DNA from: Heterodontus francisci
Taxonomy: Eukaryota
NCBI RefSeq assembly: GCF_036365525.1
Contig: NC_090377.1
Coordinates: 101,908,923-101,972,922 of the forward strand
DNA: 64,000 nucleotides
Reading direction: 5' to 3'
Positions 62,401-64,000 of the stretch are shown here, one piece after another; the stretch's first letter is position 1, and each line of letters opens with the position of its first letter. The position numbers and the translations under genes were made by a program. The notes beneath the pieces were generated by a model. The model worked only from the letters and a program-made list of their open reading frames with translations, was not told where the DNA came from and did not search any database.

Positions 62401-63244
62401 ATCAATATTGGCGACCACGCTCTGGAAGTGGTTCAAGAGTTCACCTACCTAGGCTCAACTATCACCAGTAACCTGTCTCTAGATGCAGAAATCAACAAGC
62501 GCATGGGTAAGGCTTCCACTGCTATGTTCAGACTGGCCAAGAGAGTGTGGGAAAATGGCGCACTGACACGGAACACAAAAGTCCGAGTGTATCAGGCCTG
62601 TGTCCTCAGTACCTTGCTCTACGGCAGCGAGGCCTGGACAACGTATGCCAGCCAAGAGCGACGTCTCAATTCATTCCATCTTCGCTGCCTTCGGAGAATA
62701 CTTGGCATCAGGTGGCAGGACTATATCTCCAACACAGAAGTCCTTGAAGCGGCCAACATCCCCAGCTTATACACACTACTGAGTCAGCGGCGCTTGAGAT
62801 GGCTTGGCCATGTGAGCCGCATGGAAGATGGCAGGATCCCCAAAGACACATTGTACAGCGAGCTCGCCACTGGTATCAGACCCACCGGCCGTCCATGTCT
62901 CCGTTATAAAGACGTCTGCAAACGCGACATGAAATCGTGTGACATTGATCACAAGTCGTGGGAGTCAGTTGCCAGCATTCGCCAGAGCTGGCGGGCAGCC
63001 ATAAAGACAGGGCTAAATTGTGGCGAGTCGAAGAGACTTAGTAGTTGGCAGGAAAAAAGACAGAGGCGCAAGGGGAGAGCCAACTGTGCAACAGCCCCAA
63101 CAAACAAATTTCTCTGCAGCACCTGTGGAGGAGCCTGTCACTCCAGAATTGGCCTTTATAGCCACTCCAGGCGCTGCTTCACAAACCACTGACCACCTCC
63201 AGGCGCGTATCCATTGTCTCTCGAGATAAGGAGGCCCAAAAGAA
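59472..63244 (+). mobile_element. Near full-length RTE-clade non-LTR retrotransposon
   Basis: Single long ORF2-type frame, short 3' UTR ending ggcccaaaagaa; 5' boundary approximate. Confidence 0.93.
60001..63192 (+). pseudogene. RTE polyprotein (APE endonuclease + RT + C-terminal Cys/His finger), 1063 codons with one premature stop at 61351-61353
   Basis: WNVRT, LQETR, LGDFNARVG, TDHSLV; FIDLTKAFD, GVKQGCVLAP, LLFADD, YLGS; CSTCGGACHSRIGLYSH; ORFs 60001-61353 and 61435-63192 share a frame. Confidence 0.93.
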
Positions 63245-64000
63245 CACATTTGTTTCTCATCCCCTAATTTGTCACATGTACTGACACTGTATACTGGGCT
63301 ATGGGTGGGGGTTATAATGAAGTATTATTTTAATTATGTTAATTGCTAGGGAAAGTTACATTAAAATGCCATTAAAAGTTGCATTTGCTGGAGGCAAAGA
63401 GATGGATACCAACAAAAGTAGCACCACTAGCTCTGTACAGATTGCCCTTTTTTGGAATCCTCAGAACAAAATCAATAGCATTCAGCACTTTACAACAGTG
63501 GCTCTTAAAATAATGCCAGATGAATTTGAAGCATTCACCCCAGCTCAAAATAAAACAGCATGTAGGATTTTTCCCTCTCCAGTTTTTTCCTTCGCTTCTA
63601 TTCTGCTGAAGGTGCTGATTCTTCATTTGGGTACAGCTCCATAAGAACTAGTCACTCTCTAGTAACACATCCAAATGCTAGTTATTCAGGTCTGAGCCTT
63701 GGTGGTGAATGTCAGCAAGCTATTTGACTGTGGAGGACATCTTAAGGAAGGAGCAAAAGACAGAGTCAGGAAATCACAAGCTCTATCTGTCCTCTCCTCA
63801 AATTATTTTGGCAATGTGCATGACCCCTGACCTTCCCGATCTCCAAATCCCAGATTGTATTTGATGTTACCCCAACTCTTGATGTGTTTCACTGTTGCAA
63901 ATCATTACTTTCAGGAGTGGAGTAATAACAACAGGTCACTGGCACGACTGCTAGAGACTGACCAGAGAGCCAGGTTCTGGTATAAACTAAAAGCAAATAC

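Noticed and set aside
34500-64000. Exons of a neighbouring host gene (e.g. DGKG, adjacent to ETV5 in mammals)
   Set aside because: No ORF or exon with recognisable host-protein similarity was seen

Overview
Vertebrate genomic DNA, very probably a cartilaginous fish (shark), judged from HE1-like V-SINEs, Deu-domain SINEs and the CR1/L2/Penelope repeat spectrum. The left half holds a complete minus-strand PEA3-family ETS gene, best matching ETV5/ERM. It has 12 coding exons from 33480 to 5136 (~505 aa, all GT-AG, phases consistent), a ~1.6 kb 3' UTR with polyA signals near 3524-3556, and a CCAAT-rich promoter near 34.2-34.45 kb. The 30 kb upstream is almost entirely nested transposons: CR1, L2, Penelope-like, PIF/Harbinger MITEs, a Myb-carrying Harbinger, and two RTE LINEs (one near-intact, one 5'-inverted). 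The most notable non-genic signal is a dispersed Penelope-derived repeat with a minimal hammerhead ribozyme core (CTGANGA-stem II-GAAA-CGTT). It is intact at 27599 and 56347, present as a 99-bp unit with a 14-bp direct repeat at 45168, folded back into hairpins, and split at its predicted cleavage site by a Harbinger insertion. All calls were made by eye; no database search or folding computation was run.
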